Positions 62,871-64,000 of a stretch of DNA of 64,000 bases are shown one piece after another; position 1 is the stretch's first letter, and each line of letters starts with the position of its first letter. A program made the translations under genes and the position numbers. The notes beneath the pieces were generated by a model that had not been told where the DNA came from, did not search any database, and was given only the letters and a program-made list of their open reading frames with translations. Source of the stretch: Octopus vulgaris (Eukaryota). Location of the stretch: the NCBI GenBank assembly GCA_951406725.2, contig OX597828.1:19406001-19470000 (forward strand). Direction: 5' to 3'.

Positions 62871-64000
62871 ATATATATATATATATATTTTTAAACAGAT
62901 GAAAAAAACTTTTGATGCTTATGAAGAATGGAATTATTTCAATGCCAGCGTCACTTGATAATCTGAAATAATAGAGAAATAAACAGTGTAAGTTAAAGAT
63001 ATTTATAAAGTATAAGTTCTGAACTTAAGAAGTAAAAGGTTCTACAGTGTGATATTTCCGTAGTTCTATACTGATAAACTATGGATATAAAACAACTGAA
63101 TTTTGTTTGTAAACCCTTTTATTACGATATCTTTGCCTATCTTTTAGCATTTAAACTGGCCATATCCAGCGAAAATATTCTACCTGCTTTGTGTTCAAAC
63201 TGGCCAGATCTGACCTTTCACACCTACCATACAATGTCAATCTATCACATTATTGTGGCCTCTCACACCTAACCTACAATGTCATTCTAAAAAGTTACAA
63301 GTTAATTTATGATCAATTCAATACAGTGTGAATATGAATGAGGGTTCCGGTTGATCTGATCAACAGAACAGCCTGCTCGTGAAATTAACGTGTAAGTGGC
63401 TGAGCACTCCACAGACATGTGTACCCTTAACGTAGTTCTCGGGGATATTCAGCGTGACACAGAGAGTGACAAGGTTGGCCCTTTGAAATACAGGTACAAC
63501 AGAAACAGGAAGTAAGAGTGAGAGAAAGTTGTGGTGAAAGAGTACAGCAGGGATCACCACCATCCCTGCCGGAGCCTCGTGGAGCTTTAGGCGTTTTCGC
63601 TCAATAAACACTCACAACGCCCGGTCTGGGAATCGAAACCGCGATCCTACGACCGCGAGTCCGCTGCCCTAACCACTGGGCCATTGCGCTTCCACGAACA
63701 GTGTGAATAAATAAGCATAAGATTTCACAAAGTAATCTGAATAGTAAAGGTTTAAATACTTTGCCTTTTTTTAAAATTAATTTCGAAAGTATTGAAGAAT
63801 TTAGCATGCTAGACACAAGCATGGCTATATATATAAGACATTTATTTCCCAACTACTTGGTTCTGAGTTCAGTCCCATTGTATGGCACCTTAACCCTTTC
63901 GTTACCAACCCGGCTGAAACCGGCTCTGGCTCCGAGTACAAATGTCTTGTTTTCATATGTTTTGAATTAAAATCTTCCACCAAACCTTCGTCACAATTTA

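Overview
AT-rich, repeat-dense animal DNA. The SINE families and the tandem C2H2 gene style point to a coleoid cephalopod, probably Octopus (inference). Two host genes face each other. On + is a six-coding-exon secreted tyrosine kinase PKDCC/VLK homologue: join 14608-15213, 18092-18223, 37881-38089, 40936-41186, 43117-43293, 45540-45622, giving 1458 nt and 485 aa, with all introns GT-AG and phases consistent. On - is a single-coding-exon, 13-finger C2H2 zinc-finger gene (61077-62273). The rest is mostly mobile DNA: four tRNA-derived SINE families, CR1/L2-type and RTE LINE 3' fragments, a Helitron with a decayed PIF1 helicase, a Tc1 remnant with DD36E spacing, a hAT deletion derivative with an 8-bp TSD, TTAA piggyBac-type MITEs, and micro/minisatellites. 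The most unexpected signal is a set of at least six minimal type-I hammerhead ribozyme motifs from several unrelated Penelope-like short elements. One carries a U3-A8 compensatory core, one sits behind a tRNA-like Pol III head, and two form an inverted pair around the catalytic exon of PKDCC. Most short ORFs in the supplied track are microsatellite or SINE artefacts. All calls were made by eye; no searches were run.
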